Source: Chiloscyllium plagiosum (lineage: Eukaryota). From it: a stretch of 64,000 bases of DNA. This document shows, piece by piece, positions 63,004 to 64,000 of the stretch. The notes under the pieces are model-generated. The model ran no database searches and was not told the origin of the DNA. It worked only from the letters and a program-made list of their open reading frames with translations. The stretch's first letter is position 1; each line of letters opens with the position of its first letter. Both the position numbers and the translations under genes were made by a program. The DNA lies in the NCBI RefSeq assembly GCF_004010195.1, contig NC_057749.1, positions 6,841,416 through 6,905,415 on the forward strand, written 5' to 3'.

Positions 63004-64000
63004 AAGCCCCAGGAGACCCACCATCCCATCTTGACTCTCTCTGCCCGACTGGGGGTTAGTTTGCTCTGAGAATGAGATCAAGGCAGATATTAAGGGCAGT
63101 GAAAGTGAGTGCCGCAGTTTTAATTTCTGGTACAGGTTAGGGACAGGAAGGTTTTCCACTGCTTGGGTCCTAATTCTCAGGGAAGACACGAAGCTGACCT
63201 GTTATGTGCCTGACAGACTCTTAATTTGGTTGGGCCCCAAAATGTTACCAGTGGGCAGGACATTCTAGGCAGCATTGAATCTATTTCATCCCATCATTTA
63301 AGACATAAGATGGAGAAGTAGGATTAGGTCTTTCAGTTCACCAAGTCTGCATCCCTTTCAAACTCCTCCATCAGTTTAAAAAAATCTACCAACTCCACAC
63401 TTAGCATTCCAATCCTCGACAAAATTACGACAACCTGTTGAGATTCTCTGGTAAATTTATATTTGAAAATCTTATTTCTAGCTTCGCAATTGCTTCAATA
63501 TCCATTTTTGCAAAGGTATACACCGTCTTGGATCACTGAATAACTGGATGAGCTTCTGGTTTGAATGATTAGCTACCTTATTGAACTGTAGCTGAAGTAT
63601 TTTTTTAAATAAGATGGAGTGCCTTTTCAATTCTTTACTCTGGCCAAGACATGGATTAAACACGGATTCAGCCACACTTAGAACACGTGTCCCATTCCTC
63701 ACGTCCAAACATTAGGAGAAATGTGCAAGCATCAGAGAGACTATGGAAAACGTTTGCAACAATGTTTTTTAGGGATTCAGTCATGTAGATAAATTGGAAG
63801 AGTTGGAACTGTATTCCTCCGAGAAGTTTGAAGGGAAATTTGACAGAAATACTTACATTGGAAGAAATTCACGGAATATTTGCATGACTGATTTCTGGGA
63901 TGAGGGTACAACTCAAGAAGAAAGATTGAGATGTTTGACCTTTATCCATTTAGGATTCAGAATAATGAAAGGTGATATTACTGAAACATACAAGCTTTCC

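Noticed and set aside
75..63708. ORF-track proteins as host genes
   Set aside because: They are short, mostly start at alternative codons and map to SINE, LINE or PLE debris or simple repeats. I recognised no host protein or exon chain, but small exons cannot be excluded by eye.

Overview
Eukaryotic, repeat-dense, apparently non-coding DNA (gene desert or long intron) from an elasmobranch, probably a shark. The taxon is inferred from about 22 copies of an HE1-like tRNA-derived V-SINE that shares its 3' tail with HER1/CR1 LINE fragments. I found no host exon; the ORF track is explained by transposon debris or chance. The window contains CR1/HER1 and other LINE fragments, Rex1/Babar 3' ends, Deu-domain SINE fragments, an internally deleted Gypsy-type LTR element with solo LTRs, a decayed Harbinger transposase, a Tc1/pogo-type MITE and mini/microsatellites. 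It also contains more than 30 short Penelope-like element (PLE) remnants from about six families. The strongest signal is that these PLE families carry a minimal hammerhead-ribozyme core (CUGANGA-stem II-GAAA-palindromic stem III-UH) with family-specific stems. Many copies also share one geometry: an inverted hairpin, a 5' breakpoint just upstream of the ribozyme, an unpaired 3' tail of about 34-41 nt and a 10-15 bp target-site duplication (TSD). Boundaries were read by eye. They are approximate unless a TSD or motif anchors them, and family names come from recalled motifs, not database searches.
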